Source: Zygnema circumcarinatum SAG 698-1b
Lineage: Eukaryota; Plantae; Zygnematophyceae
NCBI GenBank assembly: GCA_037447605.1
Contig: CM074812.1
Span: forward strand, 1,612,001 to 1,676,000
Length of the DNA stretch: 64,000 nucleotides
Direction: 5' to 3'
The position numbers and the translations under genes are program-made. Positions 38,290 through 50,000 of the stretch are shown piece by piece. The first letter of the stretch is position 1. Each line of letters starts with the position of its first letter. The notes beneath the pieces are model-generated. The model saw only the letters and a list, made by a program, of their open reading frames with translations. It was not told where the DNA came from and made no database searches.

Positions 38290-38766
38290 CTCACTCTCTC
38301 TCAAACACACACACACACTTTAACCATTGGGAGATATCTTTCATACCGTAAAACCAACCAACCAACCACACTGCCAACCAACCACGCGACTGACCAACCG
38401 CCTGAAAGGCCAACCGCTGCATTTGGCGACTTATTCCGAATGGCACCCCCTGCTTCAATCATCGAGTTCTGAAACCCCTTCCTAAAACAAATTTGAGATC
38501 TCTAAGTCGGACAAAGATGTCAAGAGCAAATGCCCTTATCTGTTACGTTTTACATCACACCAATGGCCTGGGGAGGCCCCTACGATCACATCACGTGGCA
38601 ACTCTACATCACCTGACATATGTACATCACTTCACATCGTCTTGCTCGACATCACCTGACTGGATCCCTTAAACATGAACACAAAATACTTCATCTCAGA
38701 AAATTGCAGTTTAGTGAAATTCCGGGGGTTGATGGTTACGGCTCATTTGGGGTTGATTTACACTTT

Positions 38767-40490
38767 TTAGGGTCTGGAAAAATAAGGAGAAGGGGGGTGG
38801 AAGAAGGGAGGGATCGGGGGAAAAGGAGAACTCCCTGACGGAGGTCCTCCCTGCTCCATGCTCTGAGTGAATTGAAACTGAAACTGAGGGTACGCCGTAA
38901 ACGGTGTGCATGGATCACCCATAGAGGCGCCGTGGTAGTCAGAAGGAGGAGGGGGTAAGAATGGGGAAGGAGGGAGAGGCGGTGGGGCATACCAATACGG
39001 GAGAGGGTGAAGAGAGGGAGGCGGGAGAGAGGTAGGAGATAGTGCAGGATGTATGACAGGAGGATCAGGGGGTGGTGGGGGAGGGAGAGGAGGTGGGAAA
39101 GGAGGAGGCATAGGAGTTATAGGAGGAGATAGGGAGGGAGGGGGAGAGTGAGGCAGGGGCGGAGGAAAGGAGAGAGGGGGAGAGTGAGGCAGGGGGGGGG
39201 GAAGGGAGGGAGATCGTGAGGAATGTGTGGGGGAAGGTAGGGAGCGAGGAAGGGTGGGAACGAGGGAGGGAGTGAAGGATGGAGGTAGAGAGGGCGGTAG
39301 GGAGGGAAGGAGGGACGGAGAGGGAGAGGGAGCTGAATGCTGGACGGTACTACTTGAAGTACCGAAGGCTTCGCCCACGTCTACTTCCTCCTCCTCCTCG
39401 CCTCCCTCTCTCTCTTTCTCCCTCCCTCCATTCCCCCTTCTCCCTCCTCTTTGCTTCGGCACCATACATCTCTCCTCCAATTGAGTCCCGTTTTCCAACA
39501 TATCTAAAAACGCCTTCACTTTCTCAGATAACGTATTCCATTTCTCCGGATTCATCATGACAGCTTCCTCGAAGCTTCCTCCATCTGACCCACCTGCGAA
39601 AGTTCGACTCCCCATCTTCGCCGTACCACCTGTCCCACTCCCACTACTTTCAGACTTCCCTTTGAAGCTCCGTTTCCCCCCCTCCTCCTCCTCCTTCTCC
39701 TCCTCTTGCCTCCTTCCCTCTCTTTCCGATGAAATTTCCGATGAAAGAGATACATGATCTGCTGTCAGCCTGCCACCTGGCGGCGTCCCATTGGCACTCT
39801 CAGTCGTCCCAGCGATTCTCCCTCGCACACTCGCTTCCACAGCGAGAGAGAATCTCATATTCAACTTTGAAACATGGGAGAGGTAAAGGCCCGGAATTGT
39901 GCCCTTATCCCCCCTTGAAGCATGTACCTGTCTCCGACTGTTGCCAAAGGGAGGGTCAGAGTGGGAGAGAGCGGTAGTGGGTCCGAGAGTGAGGGAGAGG
40001 GAGGGGTCGGGAGAGGGCCTTAGAGGGGGAAGGATTGCGGCTTTTCGCTTTGCAGAATTTCGGAGAAGCTTCCAGTTGCGTTCTTTGTCATTAGCATGGC
40101 AGTGAACCTCCCATTGAGAGCAGGGGGCCAGGCAGTCGCAGACGTAGCAATAACACTGCAGAAAAGATGAAGGGAAGAGAGGGTGAGAGGGAGAGAGCGA
40201 GAGAGAGAGAAAAATAAAAACAGATGCGGATATGGAAAAAAGAAACAAGAAGCAAACTAAAAAGAGTTGTTTTGCCTTTTAATTTGGGCATTCACGCGTG
40301 TTTGGCATCTGGAATATCTGGAAATTTCTAGGAATATTGAACTTTCAAGATACCCGGCAAATTAGGGTTTGCAGCCCCCACCCGCTTGCAGTGCAGCGAG
40401 TGATCGGAGGAGGCGAAGGAGAACTTGGCGCAGTCGTGACGCGCATGCGGGTAATCGCGGCAAGCCACCTGCCACCGCCTCCGCCCCATG

Positions 40491-40552
<62 letters not shown>

Positions 40553-41629
40553 CCCCTCTCTCTCTCGTTCGTCCTCTCTACCCCTTCTCTCAGTCTTTCA
40601 CCCTCTCTCTCTCTTTTTTTTTCTGTCTCTCGTTCTCTCTCTCTTCCGTTTCCTCTCACTCCCTCCGCAAGCCATCACTTTCCGCCTCTCACTCCTCCAG
40701 TACTGAGCATGTGGCAGGCCCCGAATGACCGTACAGGCACAGCTGATATCTCTCAATCTCTCTTTCTCACTCTCTCTCACTCCCCCCTCCTCACACCCCT
40801 ACATGCCTCAGTTACCTCTCTCTTCTTCCCCCACCTTTCTCTATATCCCCTATTCTCCCTCCCACTCTCATCTAAAAAGACGAACAGTTTCAAGATGTGA
40901 GAGTAGGGAGAGAGGAGACGAGAGAGAGAGAGCGAGGGGAAGCAGACGAGATGGCAACAGCATCGTCTCTGTATAAAATATTGAAACCACAAAACTTCTC
41001 TGACTTCTTTAAACCCTAAATTATCCAGATTTCCCTCAAAATTTGGGCTCAAAAAAGAAAGTAAAGTAGAGTGCGAGTAAAAGTAGAACTAAGCGAGGGG
41101 GAGCTCCACTTACCACTCCCTTCTCTCCCACAACGACGATCTCCTCATCCTTTTCGCCCTCCATCGCGCCACTCTCTCCCTCTCCCTCTCGCCCTCCCTC
41201 TCCCACCATCCCCTTCTCTATCTTAGCCGTAGGATCGCCGTCCAGCATCACACATTCTTCGTCACTATCTTCAGCCTCCCCTCTCCTTCTCGTTCGTCCT
41301 ATCCATCCTCCCCTTTCCCTCACCCTCTTCATCTCTCTCTCCCCCTCCCTCTCCATCCCTCCCTCCCTCTCCTTCTCCCTCCCCTTCTCGCTCTCCCTCT
41401 CACTCCCCCGCTCTCTCCCTCCCTCGTTCTCCCTCTTTATCCCTCCCTCCCTCTCCCTCTCCCTCCCTCCCTCTTTCTCCCTCTTGATTCCTCCCTCCCT
41501 CTCCCTCTCCCTCCCTCCCTCCCTCCCCCACCCGCTCTCTCTAGCACGTGTGGCAGCCATAGCCACGTCCGTGTCGCTGTCAGAGTCAGAGGAGAGCTCG
41601 ATCACGACAGCTCCTGTGCTGCCCCTCAT
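38767..41629 (-). CDS. RIN13: RPM1-interacting protein 13 (RIN13)-like Cys/His-rich protein
   Basis: Exons 41629-41114, 40468-40382, 40155-38767. They encode DSDEECVMLDGDP..EIVVVGEKG|VACRDYPHARHDCAKFSF....HSLHCKR|CYCYVCDCLAPCSQW..HCHA, followed by a long low-complexity Pro/Ser tail whose exon structure is less certain. Confidence 0.82.
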
Positions 41630-42021
41630 GGCTGCCACGTCGGCCGTACACCCTGAACCCTAAGCCTCCATTGACGCAAAACCCTACAAACCCTAAAACC
41701 TGCAACCTGAACCCTTCGCCGGGAGAAGAGTCAGAGCGCGCAGTGCTGCAAAGCGCAAACCCTAATCATACGAGCCCTCCAAAACCCTGAACCCTGCACC
41801 CGAGGCGCGCAGAGGGAGGGCACCAAGCCTCCTCCCTCTCCTTCTCTCTCCCTCTCTCTCTCTCCCGCTCCCTCTCCCGAGGCGCAAACCCAGTTGTTTG
41901 CAGGTTTCCTCTCAAAAACCAGTTTGAGAGCCGACGTATGATGACGCTCATATCGTTGAACCGTACCGTAGGATATACGGACTGCCTAGGCTATTGTTCT
42001 AGTCTATATGCCAACTATTGT

Positions 42022-42760
42022 AATGGTTGCCAATTATTGGATTATTGGTTGCGTTGAATGGTTGCCAACCATTGGATTCATCATTGGTTGCGTTGAATGG
42101 TTGCCAACCTTTGGATTCATCATTGGTTGCGTTGGATGGTTGCCAACCATTGGATTGCCAACCATTGGATTCATCATTGGTTGCGTTGAATGGTTGCCAA
42201 CCATTGGATTCATCATTGGTTGCGTTGAATGGTTGCCAACCTTTGGATTCATCATTGGTTGCGTTGGATGGTTGCCAACCATTGGATTCATCATTGGCTG
42301 CGTTGAATGGATGCCAACCATTGGATTCATGCTTGGTCGCGTTGAATGGTTGCCAACCATTGGATTCATCATTGGTTGCGTTGAATGGTTGCCAACCATT
42401 GGATTCATCATTGGTTGCGTTGAATGGTTGCCAACCATTGGATTCATCATTGGTTGGGTTGAATGGTTGCCAACCATTGGATTCATCATTGGTTGCGTTG
42501 AATGGTTTCCAACCATTGGATTCATCATTGGTTGCGTTGAATGGTTGCCAACCTTTGGATTCATCATTGGTTGCGTTGGATGGTTGCCAACCATTGGATT
42601 CATCATTGGTTGCGTTGAATGGTTGCCAACCTTTGGATTCATCATTGGTTGCGTTGGATGGTTGCCAACCATTGGATTCATCATTGGCTGCGTTGAATGG
42701 ATGCCAACCATTGGATTCATGCTTGGTCGCGTTGAATGGTTGCCAACCATTCCAATGGTT
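42022..42760. repeat. 39-bp minisatellite, ~18 units, with an internal palindrome
   Basis: Unit AATGGTTGCCAACCATTGGATTCATCATTGGTTGCGTTG. Degenerate extension runs to ~43030. Confidence 0.95.
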
Positions 42761-43484
42761 GCGAACCCATTGATTCGTGACCCAGGCAACCAATGAATCC
42801 GACGGCTGAAAACCAGTGCCAATGCCAATGATTGTTATCATTCCAATGGTTGCCAACCATCGCCAATGGTTGCGGATCATTGCCGTTGGACTGAATCGAC
42901 CATTGCCAATGGTTGTAAGCATTTTATCCCAATGGTTGCGCACCATTCGAATGGTTGCAAACCCTTGGACGTCCATTCAAGGGTTGGCCATGTAATGGTC
43001 GGCGATTCAATGGTTGGCGATCCAATGGTTGGCTATCCCATGGTCCGCCCTTGGCAAGGGATGCCGTCAAATGGACATGAACAAAGGCAACATGGGGAAC
43101 CACGAGGAACCAAATGGCCAAAAGGGGCCTAAGGACGAATGAAGGACATTTGATGTCTCCATGAGGTACATGCATGCAAGTGCCATCGCAGTTTGATCAA
43201 TATCTCGGTTGTGAATTTTGAGTTTCTAAGGCCAAGTTTTTGTTAGGTTCTAGAGGCAGATTGAACAAGCCCAGACAACAGACGATCAAGATGAAGATCG
43301 AAATCCAGATCGTGATCGAGGCCGGCGGAGTCCACCCGGATCCATGAGTTCAACAGATCAATCAGCCTCCTCCTCCGTCCGAAACCCTAAAAATCTCGGG
43401 TTCAACTGCTGAGCCGTCCGCACGAGCGAGCCGTTCAATTCCGCCACGTGGCGTGCATTTGGGCAATCGTCGAATATATAAAAA

Positions 43485-44439
43485 GGGTAACTCTACTGCA
43501 CCCCCGCGTTTTGTCTTTCGCACCCCCGTTTTGAAAATTTTGCCTGCCCGTTTTGGGTACCCCCCAGTTTTGAATATTTCGGGAAAAAATCTTTTTCCCG
43601 CCCCTTTCGTCCCCTCCGCTGTCCCCTGTTGCAAAACGCGATAAAACTAAACGTATGATCGTTCGTTTATTTCCGCGGTTGCCTTTTAACGGTAAAGTTT
43701 ATGGGTGGGTACCGGGAGGTGTCGAGTTCGGTTGTTTTCATTCCCCCTCCCTTCATTATTTTTGGGACATTCCATCCCCTCGTTTTCTCCTTTTCACTAT
43801 TGACTTCCAACAATGTGCGACAAAAGAAAAGGGGATTTGCATTGGTCTCAAGATGGTGAGGCCATCAAATAAACATGGACAATGCCAACATGGGAACCAC
43901 AAGAAATTAGTCGCAAATGAAACAAGCACAAAATAAAAAAACTAGGAACAAAAAACTAAACTAAACTAAGCTTAAGTACCAAAACGCAACCTTAAACGCA
44001 ACTGCAAAGGTCACCAATGTTGGGCAACTGTTACTCTTTGTTTTCAGGTTACCGCTAATTAAGGCAAGATCTTAAGTTGTGGCCTACTTGCTTGCAATTG
44101 GAACATTTTTTCCCTTCAACGTACTCGAAATAGCTCTTGTCCCGGCTGATTGCCAAACTGCGCGCGCCAGAAGGTCGACCTCGTTTCTTCATAACCGGGT
44201 GTGGGTTTTGCAACTGCAATGGTTCGAGGGGGGGCAGCGGAGGGGACGAAAGGGGCGGGAAAAAGATTTTTTCCCGAAATATTCAAAACTGGGGGGTAAC
44301 CAAAACGGGCAGGAAAAATTTTCAAAACGGGGGTGCGAAAGACAAAACGCGGGGGTGCAGTAGAGTTACCCTNNNNNNNNNNAAAATTTTCAAAACGGGG
44401 GTGCGAAAGACAAAACGCGGGGGTGCAGTAGAGTTACCC
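43485..44439. mobile_element. Non-autonomous Mutator-like element, related to 37579-38100 and in opposite orientation
   Basis: Near-perfect ~135-bp TIRs (GGGTAACTCTACTGCACCCCCGCG...). Perfect 8-bp target duplication TATAAAAA (43477-43484 and 44440-44447). The right end is repeated across the gap at 44373-44382. Internal segment 44055-44083 is the reverse complement of 37753-37781 (28/29). Confidence 0.82.
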
Positions 44440-44533
44440 TATAAAAATTGAACCTTATTCAAAATTATTTTGGTACAAAGATGTAATCATTTTAAATGCT
44501 CGTACTGTCTCAAAAACCATGACAAAGTGGCAG

Positions 44534-44552
44534 CGTGGCAGCCCCCTATTGG
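44534..44552 (-). promoter_or_regulatory. Perfect ERSE motif in the RIN13-kinase intergenic region
   Basis: Plus strand CGTGG CAGCCCCCT ATTGG, which is CCAAT-N9-CCACG on the minus strand. Confidence 0.4.
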
Positions 44553-45886
44553 CGAATTCGGAAGGACTTTTTTGTCTTGTTAACGGCACCTGTTCGTACA
44601 TATTCCTTCTCCCGTTCACCATCAGTTTGTCGTTAGGCCATTAAGTTTGTCTTCTTGATACGTGCAGTCTATTATTTCGAGATCTTGGATTTTTCAGCCG
44701 GGCCGAATCCCCTGCCCTTTGGGCCCACGTGACGACGCCGAACTTATGGACGAATGGGAGCCCCTCGCACGCGCGGCAATTTTTTGGACGCATCTGCCGA
44801 GTTAATGGCTGGGCGCTGGGGCGATCCGGTACTGAAATTCGCATGTACGACAAGTCTGTATTTACATTGTACGAATATGTACGATCTGTGTACCATTATG
44901 TACGGTTTTCTACGAAAACTGTACGAAGGTACCAGAAAGTCCGCCATGTGTACGGACAAACTGGACCGGAAGGGCCCAGGGCGGTCGATTTGTTGCCTCT
45001 TTTTGGACGTTGGAATTTCGACGGACCAAGATCGTTAATAATGTTTTTTTTCGAAAACGGGAAAAGTTGCTTGAGGTGGTTTGGAGGGATTTTAGGGTTT
45101 GAGAGACCGTATGCCACGTGGCAGGTGGAGAGTGGTGGTCGTTCCGGAAATTCCGCGGGGAGGGCAGAATGACGGTCAGAGGAAATTTGAATCGGCAAAT
45201 CCGTTGGGAAGTTGGGGGGGACCAGGATTGCGATTAGTTTTGGGATCCTAAAATGTTTTTGGAAAGTTTTTGGACGTGACCGGATTTGGGAAGTTGGGGA
45301 TCCTCCAATGTTCTGCGCAAGTTGTTGGACATGAATTGTTCTAGGATTGCCCATAGAAAGCAAGCCAACAACAAGTCAACAGTAGTCAACTAGGCTCTTT
45401 GAAGAGACAACGTTGATGCATGATTGCATGAAACTCAAGTTAGTGTTGAAGTTGTTGTGTACCATACGAAGGCACCGACTTTCGCTAGTCCATCTCTATA
45501 CTAGGATGAGTGAGTACTCTCAAGCCTTAAGAGCACGTCAAATGTAGCAATCGAGTTCCTACTGATGAATCTCAACAAAGTTTCTCTCCATGCAACCCTA
45601 CATGGTTTGTTGTACATAGTATAAAGAGAGATGGAGATGGAAACCAATGCCACATCCTTTGCTGTGTAGTATAAAGAGAACATATAGATACGACGAAGAA
45701 AGAAAGGAAGTGGAAGTGGCATTAATCTGACATCAAGTTCACATGGACAAAATCAGCATGGGAACCACGAGGGAAAGAAAGTATTCAAATAAGGAGATCA
45801 ATGCCACTTCCTTCCTACACGAGGCGTGCTATTCCAAAGGGCAGCCCGAAAAATCCTCAATCTGACAAAATGTAAAAGGTATTCCA

Positions 45887-45959
45887 CGATCACGGTGGGG
45901 GTCGAACCCACAATCTTTGGTTTCGAAGACCAACGCCTTATCCATTAGGCCACACGACC
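45887..45959 (-). tRNA. trnR-TCG: tRNA-Arg (anticodon TCG)
   Basis: Reverse strand reads GGTCGTG-TG-GCCT AATGGATA AGGC-G-TTGGT CTTCGAA ACCAA-AGATT-GTGGG TTCGACC CCCAC-CGTGATC-G. The acceptor stem has three G:U pairs. Confidence 0.9.
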
Positions 45960-47056
45960 TTGATGTAATGATCATGAGTTATAAAAATTTAGTTTATTTT
46001 GAGACACATTTCCATTCCCACCCGCACTCTTTCCTCCCCTTCCCCCGCCGCGTGGCGCCCTCCCCTTCCTTCTCGTTCGTACAGCCAGTCTGGCGCCGCT
46101 CGTTTCTTCCCACTCGCATCCTTCGTACATGCATTCGTACAGTCATTCCCGTACGGTTCGTACGCCCCGCGGACCCGCTCATAAAGCGCCCGACCGGCGA
46201 CGCTCCCCCCAGCGACCGCGGCCCGCACCGACCAGGTTCCATGTGCCCGCTGCCGCAACGCTGTTCCGTTGGGTTCCGGGATCCGCGCAGGAATTTCCGT
46301 GCCGCCTTGGTCGCCACGTGGCTTTGTCGCCATTCGCTTGCCAGCTTCGGGAACGGTTCTATGCGCAGGTCCGTTCCGCTGTTTGCGGTGGAAACAGCGC
46401 GGCGCGAGGTTTCACTGCGCGTCGCGCGGTTTGGGAGGGAGGCGGAACGACGACCGCGCGGTTTGTGTAGGTTACGTGCGGACTGACGCGTACGGATGAA
46501 CGTTTGGGTACGGAAGTGATACTAAGGACAAAAGAGTACGAAAATGTACAGTCTTGCGGTTGGGTCTGCCGCGGGGCGGCGATAGGGAGGGAGAGGGAGA
46601 GAGGGAGACGAAAGGGGAGGGGGAGCGAGGGAGAGAGAGGGAGGTGGGGGAGGAGCGGGACAGGTTCCATGGGGGGGGGCGGCAGTTAGGGTTTTTAAAC
46701 TCGCAGGGAGGGAGGGAGGGAGGGAGGGAGGGAGGGAGGGCGGGCGGAGGAGAGGAAGAGGATCGGAAACAGAGAGTAGGAGGGTGGAGGGGGAAAGCGG
46801 GGAGAGGTTGGGAAGGGGAAGGGAGAGGGAGGGAGAGTGTGAAATTAGGTGGAGAGGGAGAGGTAGGAGGGGGAAAGGAGAGGGAGGAGGGAGGGGAGGG
46901 AGTGGGAGTGAGGTAGAGCGAGAGAGGGAGAGGAGGGGAGCTGTACCCCTAACATCACTATCCGCAGCGTGAACACCGTTGTTGACAGCGCCAACATCAC
47001 TTTTGGCTGCTGCTTTATCACCTGAAGCGCTTCCTGCAACATCATTCTTGGAAGCC

Positions 47057-50000
47057 ATGGGATTCCTGAAGAACTTAGGACTTAAAAAAAAAACTTCAGC
47101 CTCTTCAAGAACCTCCTCCCCGCCCTCGCAGGGCCCTCCAAGCTTCATCCGAAGCAGGGAAGATGTTTCAGGGGAACTTGCAAAGATGGGGAAGGGGAGG
47201 GGATACGTGGCAGCATCAGGGCCGTTGACGCCTTCCTATCTGACGGTCGATTTTGATAAGAGCAAGGATGCAAAGTCGGAGGGGGAGGAGGACCATCGCG
47301 TGGAGGAGGAGGAGGATGACAGCAGGAGCAGCAGCAGCAGCCGGATGGGGGAGAGAGAGAGAGAGGGAGAGGGGAAGGAGGGAGAGGACACAGTGGGAGA
47401 GCTTCAGAGAGCGATAGCTGGCAGGGGGGGAAGGAAGGCGGGAGAGGAGTGGGAGAGGAAGAATGTGGGAGAACCTCTTGAGGAGAGGTCGCTCAGGCGA
47501 GTGGAGCCTCTCCTCGGAAACAGGAGCAGAGCGGTAGAGAGAGGAGAGAGGGTGGTGAGAGGAGGAAGTATGAGAGGGAGTCCTGTGGAGGAGACTATCG
47601 CTGCAGAGAGCGTTGTCGTTTCTTTACCAAAGGCTGCTTCAGTGGGAGAGCGTCCGGCGAGGCACCGGCGAAATCCCTCTATTGAAACTATTCTGCGGAA
47701 TATGTATGGGGGAGAACTTCCCTATACTTCCTCAACTGCTACATCGAAACCGCTATCTCCAAAGGAAAAACCGCAGCAACACAGCTCAGGATCGAAGTCA
47801 GGAGTTTTGACTCCGAGAGACTTAGTGGGAGGGGAGAGAGAGAGTCTCAGAGTGACAAAAGCACGGTCGGGAGTGCTGACTCCCCGCGAATTTAGGGTTG
47901 GTGGGGAGGAGGAGGAGGGGGGGAGTTTGAAGGGGAGGGAGGGGGGAGGGAGGAGGGAGGGTAGAGGACCTCGCTCGGGGACGCTGACGTCACGGGAGCT
48001 GCTAGTAAAGGAAGAAACCTCGACGATGATGTCAGCGCGGTCAACGAGGATTGGACAAGTGGCTCCCCGTGATTTGCTGCAGCCGGATGACCCTAATTCT
48101 GCAGCAGCTAAACCTACAGGAGGGGGTTCAGGGACCCTTCAGCCGAGAGTGAGAGAGGGAGAGCTGGAGGGAGTGATACAGGCAGGGAGGTCGAGGTCCG
48201 GACAGCTTTTACCTCGAGATTTCGGACAATCTCTCTCTTTAGGGTTGGATAAGTTTAAGCCGGGACCGAGGTCTCTCGCAAGCTATAGATCAGTGAAAGA
48301 TATTTTTCAAGGAGAGAGACAACAGAAGGGAGCAGCACAGAGAAGACTAAGTCGCAACAAAAATGCAGTTCATATTCCCGATACGGAAACCGTTAAAGGA
48401 GAGGGAGGAGCTGCCCCTGCAGCAGCAGCTATAAGCTCATCCACAGGAAGGAGATCGATGAGCAGAAACAGAGGAGGGAATGACACGTGGCAAGAGCCTA
48501 TTGCTGAAGAGAATGAAGGAGGATCAGGGCAGTTACAGTCAAAGAAAGCACCCACTCCTGTAGCTGTGAGAGAGGGCCCCTCTCCTGCTCGTATGCGACT
48601 CCATGGCTCATCTGACATTCTCTACTCTCCCTCCCGCAGTAGTGGGAGTGGGGGGGGAGCCGTACAGAGACTCCCAGGGGCTCCTCAGACTGCGAGTGAG
48701 AGGCTGGCAGCTTCTCTCGCTCTCTCCTTAGCTTCTGTGCAGGCTCAGAAAAGTGCTAGAGGGGGTTCAGGGGTTTCGAATTCTACGCAGGGTTCAGGGC
48801 ATCCAATGAGCAGAGTGAGGCAGGACGGGCCTGGAGACAATGTTCTGCAGAGACCCTTTGCGAATGTGAGGGAGAAGTATCAGCTGCAGATGGAGGAGCT
48901 CGGGAGAGGGAGGTTCGGAGTGATTAGGGTTTGTTTGGACAGAAAGACGGGAGAGAAGCTCGCGTGCAAAAGCATCAGCAAGGCTAGGCTGAAGGTGGGG
49001 CATTGGAAAATAATGTCTTGAGTATCTTAGGTTTTGGTTTAAGTATCCTCTGCTTCGTTATGTGTATTGTTCCATTGTTGCTCCTTTTCGTTCTTTCGGA
49101 GCAGTTGGTAGGGGAGAGGGAGTGGGACGGGTGGACTGCGATTTGGAGATTCCAAATTCTCCAATTTGTCCAATTGTTTGTTGTGATTTCACTCGTTGGT
49201 TAATTTACTCCTATTTCTGTTTGGTATCGTATTGCAGACGTGGCATGATGCGGATGACGTAAGAAGGGAGGTGACAGTGATGGAGCTCCTGCAGGGCCAT
49301 CCCCATGTAGTCAGTCTCAAGGGAGCTTTTGAGGACGCTTTGGTAAACAATCCCACATGCAAACACTTCCTCCTTCTGTTATCTTTTTCTTTCACGGCTG
49401 CTAAAGAGCGTTACAAGAGCACATATAAAGAATTCCTCCCCCTCCCCTTCCTCCCTTCCCCCCACCTTCCCTCCACCCCNNNNNNNNNNGAAGGGTTTGA
49501 GGGAGAGGGAGAGGAAGAGGGATTGAGGGGGAGGGAGAGGGAGAGGAAGAGGGATTGAGGGAGAGGGAGAGGGATTGAGGGAGAGGGAGAGGGATTTGAG
49601 GGAGGGGGAGGTCGAGGGAGAGGGGGGGTGGAGAGGGGGGAGAGAGGAGGTGGGGAGGACGGGGCGGGAAGGGGAGGAGAGTGATGGAGGAGGGAGGAGT
49701 GAGGAGGGGAGGGCAAGCGAAGGAGGAGTGAGAGAGGGAGCGGAGGGGAAGGGGTGGGAGGGGGCGGGAAGGGAAGGAAAAGTAGGAGTGGGAGAGGAGG
49801 GGAGAGAGCGAGGAGTGAGGAATGGGGGAAGGGGAAGTTTGAGGGAGGGAGAGGTGGTGAGGGTGGAAATGGAGAGTGAGGAGAGCCTGTTTGAAAGGTC
49901 TCTGGGTTTCTTCAGTAAGAAACAGAGAAAGGAACTTGGGCTTAACTGAATGAACTGACATGTGAATGTGATGTGCTGACTTTGCAGGGGTTCCATGCTC

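Noticed and set aside
41999-42976. Long overlapping ORFs on both strands, or a CRISPR-like array
   Set aside because: Produced by a stop-free 39-bp tandem unit. There are no unique spacers and no cas genes, and the context is eukaryotic.
44383-44440. Apparent double right TIR of the MULE
   Set aside because: The repeated end spans a 10-N gap and is an overlap artefact.
45480-45735. Possible box C/D snoRNA (TGATGA ... CTGA)
   Set aside because: No terminal stem and no recognisable rRNA guide.
48485-48504. One-mismatch ERSE-like motif in the kinase coding exon
   Set aside because: It lies in coding sequence and shows that one-mismatch hits arise by chance, so only perfect copies were counted for enrichment.
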